From Octopus sinensis (taxonomy: Eukaryota), in the NCBI RefSeq assembly GCF_006345805.1, contig NW_021834179.1, positions 1-64,000 of the forward strand: a stretch of 64,000 nt of DNA. The letters are read 5' to 3'. Of this stretch, positions 40,323 through 53,300 are shown one piece after another. How positions within the stretch are numbered: the first letter of the stretch is position 1; each line of letters starts with the position of its first letter. Below the pieces are notes generated by a model. That model did no database searches. It saw only the letters and a list, made by a program, of their open reading frames with translations, and had not been told where the DNA came from. The position numbers and the translations under genes were made by a program.

Positions 40323-40359
40323 GATCAAAATAAAATAAAAACATGATGCGAAGGATTCA

Positions 40360-40437
40360 GCGGTACATATGTTTCGGGCCTTTATTAGACAGATTTATAA
40401 CAATGCATAATGTATGTCTGTGGCCTTCTTCAGCCGC
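40360..40437 (-). ncRNA. Type I hammerhead, mirror copy in the left palindrome arm
   Basis: Reverse complement of 40664-40741. Confidence 0.82.
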
Positions 40438-40663
40438 GCACAACAGCTTCCACAAGGACATGTGTTACATCAAAAGTTCTTGGTTGGGGATGCAAATCCT
40501 CTCATTCACGTACGACATAATGCGGCAGCAGCATAGAGAGAAGAAAGAGATGGACGCTTCAACTCTATGCTGCTGCCGCATTATGTCGTACGTGAATGAG
40601 AGTATTTGCATCCCCAACCAAGAACTTTTGATGTAACACATGTCCTTGTGGAAGCTGTTGTGC

Positions 40664-40741
40664 GCGGCTGAAGAAGGCCACAGACATACATTATGCATTG
40701 TTATAAATCTGTCTAATAAAGGCCCGAAACATATGTACCGC
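40664..40741 (+). ncRNA. Type I hammerhead with long stem II, GUA site after 40737
   Basis: gcgg CTGAAGA a-ggcc-acaga..tctgt..ggcc-c GAAA catatg TA ccgc; palindromic stem III ACATATGT. Confidence 0.82.
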
Positions 40742-40929
40742 TGAATCCTTCGCATCATGTTTTTATTTTATTTTGATCAATATACTCCACCACCTACACC
40801 ACCAAACGGTATACACAGGTGCTTATAATTATCAAGTACTCACCCCGAATTTCTATATATATATATATATATACACGCCAACGTACTCATACAATCTAAA
40901 CTGTTGTGTGAATATGGTATAATAATAAA

Positions 40930-42790
40930 TTGGTATGCGGATGCTCACGAGAACAACTCAGGGAATTAGTACCATCTTTACCCTCTAGTACCTGCATCTG
41001 CTGTGTGAGTCCTGCGGGAAGTTACACAGGGTGAACTGGACGCCCCTAAACATTCGAGGGTATGTTGTACTTGAGATAACCCATGTACATAAAAGTTACA
41101 ACATGCTAAACACACATGGAAAGTAAACCACGTAGAATATCACTTTCATTCTTCTGCTAGTAGCAGAATAATTCAGTCCTAGATGTCATTTAATAAATTG
41201 ATGGTTCATCTTGATAGTAAGTTGGAGCCTATATTTCGGAGAGATCTATAAAAATTAACATCCACATCATGTGATGTATTACAATAATGATTGTAGATGT
41301 AGGTTTCAGGACTAATGAATGTCAATTACTTGTACATTTGCGCTATCGGCCTTATCATAAGCATTTGAGACAATGATATTCCATTGTCTCACACCCGACA
41401 GTCTTAACCACGGAAAGGATACAACACACATTGCAATATGTAAATCGACGGGATGATCATGACGGAAACGCCTCTGATCATAGTTTTGTCATCAATGAAA
41501 AACAAGTATACTTTACAACCAACTGAAATATATTCAGCGAAACGAGGAAAATTCCTCGGATTTGCATTTTAGTAACTCGAGAGATGAGGTCGTGTCTTTG
41601 AGCAGATATCGCTATCCCAATAATCGATAAAAACAATGGCGTTTGTTTTAGAAAAGCGTCAAGTAAATAAGAATATACTGTGGTTGTTGCCAGGACATAT
41701 GAAAAATACCACTTTCGTAATATAACCGATGTCAAGAATACATGAAATATTGGTTAAAGGTGCTCCTCAAAAAAACAAGGTCGGGATTTCAAATCCTGCA
41801 AAGGGAGGTGTATTGTGCGCAAGGCACTTCATGTTGCACAGCGACCATTTCAACATTTGACTTGTAGGAATGGTGACTAGCTGGAAAATGGGTTTATTTT
41901 CCGGATATTAAAGAATTTCAGCCAATCACAAACATCAAGGGAAAATACTGCCACTCTCCTTTAAAAACAGTAAAAAAGACACTTAAAAAATTATTACAAC
42001 AGGGTATTTCATTCATTATGCTTATCGGATAGCAGCTGGAAGGTGAGACAAAAACTTATATCAGACAATAGAATATTCAGATAAGTGGATAACTTTAGAC
42101 AATGGAGGACATGGTTGCTAATGTTGGAATAAAAAAAAATTAGTGGGCTATAGTTGGAATGACTTTGTGCAAAATTACGATCAGAGCAAACAACAACGTC
42201 GACCACAACACCCTAAGTAAAACACAGAAAAACCCCAAAGAAATGTACAGACTTTCTATCATTACATGATACAACGGCATATCGTTAGCTGACAAGAGAC
42301 ATCTCTTAGGAGTAACGCTCAGATCTTTTTGGGGTTCCATGAAAATTCAGTGGCTGTTGCTTCAGTAAAACGCCTAGTAGATAAGAAGGATTTCTGAGAT
42401 GCTGTCGCGCCTACATATGTCATGTACCATGTTTCATAATATAATTGTTGTCCAAGGCGTATGACCACGCTGTTAATGGTGCATTCTCGATATAGAGACC
42501 TCGGTTTCAATTCCCGGAACGGGAATTGTATGGCGTTCTTAAGCAAAACACCTCATCTCATATTACTTTGCGTCGTGTAGGAATGGTGAATTTCTGGAAA
42601 ATGGAAAACCAAACATAACGGTTTATAACAAATGTGTACTTCGATCAGTATTCTTATCCGATAAAAGCCGCAAAATGAGACAATAAACTTTCATGAGGTA
42701 ATAGAATATTCAGATAAGTGGATAAACATTTTCTAATTTCTGTAAAAAATTAAAACTGAAGTCATATTTGGAACCGGCATTATCGAGGTA
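40930..42790 (+). pseudogene. CTLD-like pseudogene, copy C (paralog of 23170-24330 and 26002-26610, with internal deletions)
   Basis: Collinear. Also keeps GMTLCKI, a TTTSTTTP linker, and KCTDFLSLHDTTAYR..SNAQIF..VASVK..DKKDF at about 42150-42400. Confidence 0.5.
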
Positions 42791-43195
42791 AATCAATCTT
42801 TGCTACTTTCCTGTAAAGATTTAAAATTAATATTTATACACACACATATCTACACTGGCGAAAGTAAATCTAAGACCGATGATAATAGTCCTATTTCTCA
42901 CAAAATATTTTGTTACTAACACCATACAAATTACTTCTATCTTTTACACCTTCTGCAGAATTTATTTCTCTTTCGAATGATGCAGACAATAACTATTTTT
43001 ATACAACTTGAAGAATGCATGAAAGTACTCGTTCAATCAGAGTGGATATTTGATATTCTATCGCTTCATTATGTTATCTTATCTTATCATATATTATTAT
43101 AAAATTGTAAATAAATCATAAAAATCAAAGTTGGAATTTCTTTCAGTAATATATTTTTCTATACACAATCATACACACGTGTGTATATGTATATT

Positions 43196-43297
<102 letters not shown>

Positions 43298-43376
43298 TTA
43301 TAGATATATATGTATATGTATATCATTGCTTACAATAATATCAATAATATCACACACACACACACATCACACACAC

Positions 43377-43407
<31 letters not shown>

Positions 43408-43409
43408 CA

Positions 43410-43445
<36 letters not shown>

Positions 43446-43699
43446 CTTGTGTATGTGCGCGTATTCATTCAAACAATTACTAAAATATGTAACTGCACCA
43501 AGTGAGAAATTCCGTTTTAACCAGGTAAATATGTAGAATTGTTCCGAGTATAACTTATTTCATAAACAATCCACTTGACAAACAGTAGAATAGTACATTT
43601 TAAATGTAAATTTTAATACGGAATAAGCGGGATAAGAAGAAATAAGTGGAGCAGAGAGTCGCTGAGGAGATCGTAGTATGTGAGACGAAAGAATTTAAA

Positions 43700-43723
43700 C
43701 TAATAATAATAATAATAATAATA

Positions 43724-43778
<55 letters not shown>

Positions 43779-43883
43779 CCATACAATAACCATCAGAGCA
43801 TCACAGCAAATCACAGCACATACCCAAGGGAAACAGAGCTGCGCTCGGTAGTGAAGTGAAAGCACGCTATAAAAATAAAACTA

Positions 43884-43979
<96 letters not shown>

Positions 43980-44157
43980 CACAACACCAGCAAATTTTTT
44001 TTATATATTAGACATTCACTAGTACAACACCAAAAAAAACCAAATATATGGCACACTAGGCCTAACAACAATGCGAAATTCCAACCTGTTGTCCCTTGAG
44101 GTCTCTGGGTGAGACTTGGAGCCAACTTGTACAAATATAAAGCAAAACTCAAACATA

Positions 44158-44221
<64 letters not shown>

Positions 44222-44396
44222 TAAATAATAATAATAATATAATAATAATAATAACAATAATAATAATAATAACACTTTCCATACAATAACCATCAGAGCA
44301 TCACAACAAATCACAGCACATACCCAAGGCTCACAGAGCTGCGCTCGGTAGTGAAGTGAAAGCACGATATAAAAATAAAACTACTGAATAATAATG

Positions 44397-44445
<49 letters not shown>

Positions 44446-44657
44446 TAATAATAATCACAACACCAGCAATTTTTCTTTTTATTAGACATTCACTAGTACA
44501 ACACCAAAAAAACCCCAAATATATGGCACACTAGGCCTAACAACAATGCGAACTTACAACCTGTTGTCTCTTGAGGTCTCTGGGTGAGACTTGGAGCCAA
44601 CTTGTACAGACATAAAGCAAAAGTCAAACATAGAATAATAATAATAATAATAATAAT

Positions 44658-44700
<43 letters not shown>
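43700..44700 (+). repeat. (TAA)n array holding alternating 3'-end fragments of two Dong/R4 families (A 43771-43889, B 43979-44160, A 44271-44389, B 44455-44634)
   Basis: A matches 4073-4190; B matches about 22070-22240. Confidence 0.9.
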
Positions 44701-45256
44701 TGCCCTGATGAAGTACCAGGCAGTGGCTCTCATGGCTTCTGATCTTAACTGATTGGAAGTGTTATCATGTACATTGTTTTGTCTTGGTATAAAAGATGGG
44801 CTACAGCAAATATTCTGCTCAATACCACAGATTTGCTTGTCAGTTGTTTGACCTTAACCAGTTGAGCATGTCCCTTAGTGGCTGACGATATGTGCATCTC
44901 TGATCACGAGCAGAAGTAGTGGGGGAGCATCATAGCCATGTGTTGAGAGGGATTCTTTGGGGTTTGAATAGTTCACCTCTGGAAACATGGGTGGTTCTTT
45001 CAACATCCTTAAACAACCCTTATTCAGGGACCGTTTGAGCGGGATGGGCTACTCAACCTGAAGAAAATTCTAACTGGGCCCCACCTGCAAGGTCATGTGC
45101 TGTTTATCTTGATATGAGATCACCATGTCGCGCACATATGGTTGTGATGCATGTGCCTGGTGTACCTTTATCAGACGGATAGTCATGATGGGTATATTGG
45201 GCTTCGTATATTTTACCCCAGTGTCACTTTGATGGCATGAACTGCTCTCTCACTCA
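44701..45256. mobile_element. About 556 bp non-coding insert bounded by (TAA)n, probably a non-autonomous or UTR-derived (TAA)n-targeted repeat
   Basis: Sharp boundaries against TAA tracts; no ORF of 60 aa or more. Confidence 0.5.
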
Positions 45257-45284
45257 ATAATAATAGTAATAATAATAATGATAA

Positions 45285-48200
45285 GGAAGACACCGGGGAC
45301 GTTTTAGATGTAAGAAGGAAAATACAGAGCTCCGAAATCTATCCACAAACATCGAAAACAAGGACACCCTATGGAGCCAAAGATTTACTAACAAAGAATT
45401 GGACTATATCCGAGTAAGTAATACGAATTGAATTTTATTACTATTTTCGAAACGAAAGGATGTATTTTGACTCGATATTATCTCCACCTCTAACACAACA
45501 CATGTAAACATGCGTGGAACGACACGATTATCCCCGACCTCAAACACCATGTACAAAGGAACTACGAAGAAATTAAATGCCACCGATACTATTCAGCCCA
45601 AGAATAACAATCGAGCGATACGTACATTAAACCTGCAACAAAAAATGTACGAAAAACTACACGTGCGAAATTATGTGACAACAGAAATAAACGGACCGGT
45701 ACCCTACGAAAATGACGACCGTCAAAATAATGGGCCGGACGTTGTACCTCATGTCCCGCAAATAAAACCCAAAAGACGTAAATGGACACGTGAGGAATAC
45801 ATTTCTATCTTACACGCATACTTCACAGCAATACTCTACCAAAAAAATGAAAATACAAAAACACATACATATAAAATATGGAAGGAAAATAATAGAGATA
45901 TAGACTTGGATACAGCAATGAACCCTAATAAATTAGCTAGCGTACGAAGATACATTCTCAACACAAAAAAAATATCAGAAATAGAAATAGAACACCTAAA
46001 AGAAAACATACACCAGGAAAATGTAGATAGAAGCCACACAACAATGCCCATAATATAAACACTGAAACTGTAAAACACGAAGACAAACGCAACATTCCCA
46101 ACAAACACGATGTAAACAACGAAGGGGAGCCTAATGATTATGATAATATAAAAAATAAAATAATCAAAGAACTGAAAACCACAGAGCCCAAAATGGACCA
46201 CCGACCATACCTCCCAAGAATCAAAATAAACGAAATAACAACACCAATTATAAACAGCATAAACCTAGCCGTCACCGAACTAGCCACTGAAACAAAAAAT
46301 AGTGATATCACTGAACTAAATGACTTGATATACGCAGCAGCCACTGCAGCCACAAAATAAGCTGGATACTCACCCAAACCCGCCCAAACAGGAGTACCAC
46401 CACCCAAACAAACCCTGTGGATAAATAACATCCAAAGCAAAATTAAAAAAATTAGAAAAGACCTGTCGATTCTTAATGAAATCAGCAAACAAGCAACGCT
46501 ACTGAGCAACAAAAAGAGAACAAAAATACTCCGCAAATATAACATCACAGAAAAAGATTTGCCTAAAATAAAAGAAAAGCTGAAGCAAGATATCCTTGCC
46601 AAAGCACAAAGGATCCGCCGGTACAAGAAACGCCAACGCTTCTTTGAAGAAAACAAAAAGTTCAACTCCAACCCCAAAAAGTTCTACCAAGAACTGGGCA
46701 AAAATAAAATAGAAGTCACTGCAGCACCAACGGCAGAAGAATTGGAAGAATTCAGGAGAGAAATATGGTCGGCGAACGAACCACCAAAAAAAAGGAGTAT
46801 CAAAATAACAAACTCGGCATCTGAACAACTTTGGACCCCCATAACAACTGAAGAGGTCACCCAGGCACTGCAAAAACTAAGCAACTGGAAGGCACCTGGG
46901 CATGACAAGATCCCCGACTTCTGGTTGAAATATCTAACAGGAATGCACAAAAAGCTGGCTGAAAACTTTAACAACGTACTAGCAGAGCCAGAGACAATGC
47001 CTGAATGGCTCACGAAAGGGAAAATCATCTTAATTCACAAATCAAATGAAACAGAAAAACCAGAAAACTACAGACCAATAACCTGCCTCCCTACTATGTT
47101 GAAGGCATTTACTGCAGTGATATCACAAAGGCTGAACAAGCACCTGGACGAAAACAAACTGTTCCCAGAAGAGCAGAAAGGATGCCGCAAAGGCTCATAT
47201 GGCTGTAAAGATCAACTAATGATTAATAAAGCCATAACTGAAGACAGCCACAGAAAGAAGAAAGGCCTCAGTATGGCCTGGATTGACTACAAAAAGGCAT
47301 TTGATAGCATCCCCGACACATGGATCCTCGAAACACTAGCCATTAACAAAGTAGCACCAACAATCATAAAATTCATAGAGCACTCTATGAATAAATGGCA
47401 AACAGTCCTACACCTCCAAACAAAAGAGGGATTCATGAAAACCAAAGACATCCCCATTAGAAGAGGAATATTCCAGGGAGACACGCTCTCTCCACTCCTT
47501 TTCTGCTTGGCACTGTCACCTCTATCTGATATACTAAATAGAACTGGATGCGGATATAAATGTTACGGCAAAACGATCAGCCACCTTTGGATGACCTAAA
47601 ACTATACGCTGCAAATGACAAACAGCTGGAAACACTATTAAAGACAATTCATGGATTTACCAAAGAAATAGATATGAAATTTGGATTAGAAAAATGCGCC
47701 AAAGTAACCATGAAAGAGGAAAACTAGTTAAGAGTAACAACATCACACTAGATAAAACCAATGAAATAAAAGAATTAGACCAAAGCCAAACTTACAAATA
47801 CTTAGGAATCCATGAACTAGATAAGACACAACACACACAAATGAAAGAGAAAAATAAAAAAAGAATATTATAGACGAGTTAGATCAATACTAAAAATAGA
47901 GCTCAATGCTAAAAACAAGATAATAGGTATTAACACTAATACTAAAAACAGAGCTCAATGCTAAAAACAAGATAATAGCTATTAACACTTTAGCTGTCCC
48001 AGTTATATGTTACGGCTACGAACTGACCAAAATAGATAGGAAAACAAGAAAAATAATGACAGGATCTAGGATGCATCAACCAAAATCTAACATAGAAAGA
48101 CTATATATACAACGTATAGAAGGTGTTAGAGGCCTTAAACAGCTGGAAAACTACTATAAAATAACCACCATAGGACTGCAAAAATATCTACTTCAAAAGG

Positions 48201-49502
48201 ATGGAAAACTGATACAAATAGCGGCAAAACAAAAAAACTGTTCTCAGTATTTAAGGAAGCTGACAAATACAAACAAGAAATCATACCACCTAACAAATAT
48301 AAAGAAGAAGAAGAAAAAGAAGAAGAAGAAGAAGAAGAAGAAGAAGAAGAAGAAGAAGAAAAAGAAGAAGTAGAAAAAGAAGAAGAAGATGAAACAACAA
48401 AAGCTATAAAACAAATGAAATCCAAACTAAAAATAGAACAGCAACGAACCATGATAAAACGATGGCAAGAAAAGCCCCTTCATGGTAAATACTGGACTAA
48501 ACTAAATGCAGAAGAAATAGACAAAAAAAATCCCAGCAATGGTTGAGAAGCTCAGGACTCAAAGCCGAGACAGAGGGATTTTTAATTGCAGCCTCCCCAC
48601 CAGAAATTACCAAAAACATATATTGAAAAGAAATATAACAAGTAGCTGCAGAAAAAGTGGAGATGGACAAGAAACAATAAATCATATTATCTCTGGCTGC
48701 CCAGTCCTGGCTAAGAAGGAATAAATTCACAGACATGACAGAGTTAGGACCTACATACCCTGGAAGCTATGCCAATATTATGGAATAACAACAGAAAAAG
48801 ATGGTATAGGCACACATCAGAAAAGGTCACAGAAAACGAGAAAGCAACCATACTCTGGGATATGCCGATACACACAGATAGAGAAATTAAGGCCAACAGA
48901 CCAGATATAGTTGTCAGAGATCATGAAGAAAAAAAATGCTTTCTAATTGATGTATCAATACCGGCAGATGACAACAACAGAAAAAAGATGGTATAGGCAC
49001 ACACCAGAAAAGGTCACAGAAAACGAGAAAGCAACCATACTCTGGGATATGCCGATACACACAGATAGAGAAATTAAGGCCAACAGACCAGATATAGTTG
49101 TCAGAGATCATGAAGAAAAAAAATGCTTTCTAATTGATGTATCAATACCGGCAGATGACAACGTGTCTCTAAAAGAAATGGAGAAACTTTCAAAATACAA
49201 AGACCTGGAAATATAGGTAACCAGAATGTGGAATCTGAAAACCGAAACAATTCCTATCATAATAGGTGCATTAGGCATGATAAAAAAAATATTCAGACAA
49301 ATACATAACAAAAACACCAGGACTTACAAACACATATAACATACAGAAAATTGCACTACTAGGCACTGCACACATCCTACGCAGAACACTTTCCATACAA
49401 TAACCATCAGAGCATCACAACAAATCACAGCACATACCGAAGGCACACAGAGCTGTGCTCGGTAGTGAAGTGAAAGAACACTATAAAAATATAACTACTG
49501 AA
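45285..49502 (+). mobile_element. Second copy of the Dong/R4-clade element, flanked by (TAA)n on both sides
   Basis: Same ORFs at 45510-46058, 46559-47599, 48769-49216. TAA tracts at 45257-45284 and 49501-49580. Confidence 0.92.
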
Positions 49503-49510
49503 TAATAATG

Positions 49511-49583
<73 letters not shown>

Positions 49584-49617
49584 CTTTGCAAAGGGAAGCC
49601 ATTCTTCCCGTCTTTTA

Positions 49618-49660
49618 ACACGGACTCGAGTTTCAAGGTATTGACCTATCATCAGCGTGT
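49618..49660 (-). ncRNA. Hammerhead ribozyme (duplicate of 4301-4343)
   Basis: Same motif. Confidence 0.88.
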
Positions 49661-49963
49661 GACAATCATAGTTGTCGATAAGAAGGAGATTCTCTGTACA
49701 AATACATACACTTTTTCCAATTATAAACTGCAGCAGAAACACACCGTGACGTAAATATGCCATTTGAATATGGCTAACCCCTAAGGGTGGATGCTACAGT
49801 AGTTGGCATATTTACGTTACGATGTGTTTCTGCTACTGTTTATAACTCACTCTGATATTTATCATTGTTTGATTTCACTTTTTCAATATCAGTGTCAGTG
49901 GATACTGGAAAAAGTATATGTATTTGTAGAGAGAACCTCCTTCTTATCGACAACTATGATTGT

Positions 49964-50008
49964 CACACGCTGGTGATAGGTCAATACCTTGAAACTCGAG
50001 TCCGTGTG
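49964..50008 (+). ncRNA. Hammerhead ribozyme duplicate with an A6G core change (CTGGTGA), predicted inactive
   Basis: cacacg CTGGTGA taggtcaatacctt GAAA ctcgag TC cgtgtg. Confidence 0.8.
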
Positions 50009-50234
50009 TATCATAAGTTGAGGACAGGAAGGACGGCTTCCCTTTGCAAATACTGATAGGACACAGAAAGTGTGTCTATAGCCACCTGGAGGAGGTGTCC
50101 TCCTGGGGCTATAAACTACAGTAGCATCCACCCTTAGGGGTTAGCCATATTCAAATGGCAAATATACGTCACGATGTGTTTCTGCTACTGTTTATAACTC
50201 ACTCTGATATTTATCATTATATGTATATATATAT

Positions 50235-50333
<99 letters not shown>

Positions 50334-50356
50334 ATACATACATATAGATTTAAAAC

Positions 50357-50387
<31 letters not shown>

Positions 50388-53300
50388 TATATATATAATG
50401 CTATAAAATTCATAACAATTTTTTAAATCTATAAATTATTCAAATCATAGGAGTAAGAAATAATTTAATAACATTTTATCTAATGAATACTTATATTGAT
50501 TTATGAAGCTAGAATAAATATATTTAAATCTACAAAATAACACTGGAAGGAGTTTACCTTTGAAAAACCTAACCTAAAATAATACCAACGTAGAAATCCA
50601 AAAACAAATGAGAGAAGAACTTACTTAAATAGTAAATGCAAAGGATGAAACTGTGATTATCAAACTCTCAATAATCGGTTTATCAAATTAAACAAAGTGA
50701 AGCATCCTTAAAAGACCTGTTTATGTAGAAATGTTTAAACACATTCATTCCAATGAACACTAAAAATCCTCTTTCCGATTTTGAATTTAACAGCTTTCTT
50801 CTAGAAAATAAAATCAAAAATAATTCTTCAAAACAAAACGAACAGAACCGATTGGCAGTCTTATAGGCCGGAGCCGTCCCTAAAATGTTCCATTCAATAA
50901 TGAACAAATTATTATGATCTTTAAGATTCCAGATGAAATTACTAAGACTAATAGAAGAAGCCTTATTTCTAATCCTAAAAGAAAGGTAATGGTTTGAAAC
51001 CTTGTTTGTTAATATCATTAGCAGAAGAACCAATATAAATGTAATGATTACCCCCAGAAATGATTTCAGCTTCATAAACCGCTTCTTTACTATTGTATAA
51101 AGATGCTGTCTTTAGAAGTTGTAAATGCATTTTAGAGCGTGGTTGCAAAATATTTGGAGAAGAATTTTGGTGCTTCAAGATCCCCTTGCTTAACTCTGTT
51201 TTCAAATGGAAATGCTTCTGCTATGGATCCATCAAATTTAACTTGGGCTTTCATATCCATATACAGAGCCCTAATTATATTCACAAACTAATCTCGACAG
51301 TTAAGTTTCTTCGGTACCGGCCACGGTCGAAAACATTCCTAAGATCCACAAAACAATGGTAGAACCTCATGTTTTGTTCATTGCCCCTTCCTGGCAGCTG
51401 CCAGGCAGGGAAGATCATATCAACTGTCCCACATGAAGCACAGACGCTGCATTGTGACTCCGGTGCAGCTCTTGGGATGATAAATTTATGAAGGCGCTCT
51501 TAGGTAACATAACGAAGTACCTTTCCAACAACAGACAACAAGAATATTCCGTGGACATTTCCACACACGTCCATGGAACGAGATTTATATCAGGAAATGA
51601 GAATAGGATCAATCCAGTGTTTATAGTACCCCCTCTTTCCTCCAGTAAGAAACGAAATAGTTTGATAATCCTTTCCCCCACTAAACCCCTAAATTCCTGA
51701 GTTGACTTGTGTTGGCTGGACAGGCATTTCTTTGACAACCGAAGAATTAAAGATTTCCTGTGTTATTTTCATATTTCCAGAATAGATCAGAATAGTGAAG
51801 TACTAATTGTTTTTGTATGGATTGACATCAGTAAAGCGCTGTCGGCCATCAACAGATCTCACTGGAGCTATAGTGGTTGACCGAGGGCCAAAAACCTCTT
51901 CAATTAATACAAAAGAATAGAAGGCTTTTGTAGCCTCATGGCCAATAGCACTTTGTACATCTCCTGCCTTTTGGTGCCACCATTTATCTTTCATTTTCTG
52001 AAGACTACATCGAATTTTTAATTGAAGAGATGTGTATCTCATGTCCTGGCTGGAATTGTTTGTTTTACTTAGAATAGGTCTTGCTTTGTGACTACTTTTT
52101 ATGAAGAAGTTTAGGAATTTCCAAGCCAATAAACCAAGTTGCATCTTTCTTAAATCTCTTTCCCCAAATAGAAGAAACCGAATCACAGATTTGTAATTTG
52201 AAATATTCTTCCATGGATCTCCTTGTTCAGGTGAGACATCTCTTATTGACACGTGAAAACTTTGTGATAAAGTGGGGGGAATGAAGGTTTGCTGTGTTGA
52301 TTCTCTTTGGTACAGTAGAGCCCCCCCTTTCTAATCTAGCGCTGGATTGAAAAATTAAGTTTGTCTCCCACAAGCTTATGCTCTGTCCATCATTCTGCTC
52401 CTTTCATAGCTCGGACATTTCAGACAGCTTCCAAATCGGATTTGCGTACCAAGACAAAGTCAACAAGGTGCCAGTGCTTAGAACTTGATTGATTCCAGGT
52501 TGTTTTATATTTGGTTTTTACTGAAAGAACTGCATGCTATCAAAAGCCGATGTTCAGTGCAAACACAAAGAGTAGACACTATTTCAGTTATGTTCTTCTT
52601 CACAAGGTCAGTTATGTCATGAAACCAAATTCAACTTTTCAGTTGAAGTCTTCCATAATTACTAGCTTATCAGTAGCTGGCATATTTCTTACCAAATCTC
52701 CAGGATCGTTGTAGAATTGTCCAACAGATGCTTCTGCATGTGATATTGTGGGTGCATAACACTTATTACAGTGAAGTATCTCCGTTCCTCTTTTTCAGAT
52801 GCGGACGACATAATAAAATAGATGCTGAGGAACCGGTGGGGTGGATTTCAAAAGATGAGACCAGAGGGTTTCTAACAGCCAAGATTCCCTTCTTTCACCA
52901 TCTGCTAAACCTTTCTGAAAGAAAGTGTAGCCAAATCCACCCAATTGAAATGACCATCCCCTCTTAAAAAGTTTCAAGGAGTGTTCCTACCTTTAATGAA
53001 TGTCTTTTCAAGTTCTGGGCGATAGTACAGTTCATCTCTCTGGTCTACGATTAAATTGTTCCTACCTAGAGTACACAGTTTCCAAAAAGCAAGTTTCTTA
53101 GAACGTTTAATCTTCTTGAGTTGACCATTTGACCAGAGTGACAGGTTGATGACTGGGCCATTTGAAGAGCCAAGCTGTATCATGTTTTTGTTCCCAAACC
53201 CTTATTGCCATTTACCACTTTTGTTTAAGTAATTTCTGATAACTTCAAAGAACATTTGAAGGCCAACCATGCTAATAGAGTTTGTAATATACAAGCGGTA

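Larger units (their letters stand above)
40322..40779. repeat. Near-perfect palindrome: 217 bp arms (40322-40538, 40563-40779), 24 bp spacer, inside (TA)n
   Basis: The ORF track gives almost the same peptide on both strands; one mismatch seen between the arms. Confidence 0.95.

Noticed and set aside
40343-40758. Two 97-aa ORFs on opposite strands
   Set aside because: A by-product of the palindrome; no protein motif.
44701-44760. CTGATGA at the start of the 556 bp element as a hammerhead
   Set aside because: No properly placed GAAA, stem III or stem I.
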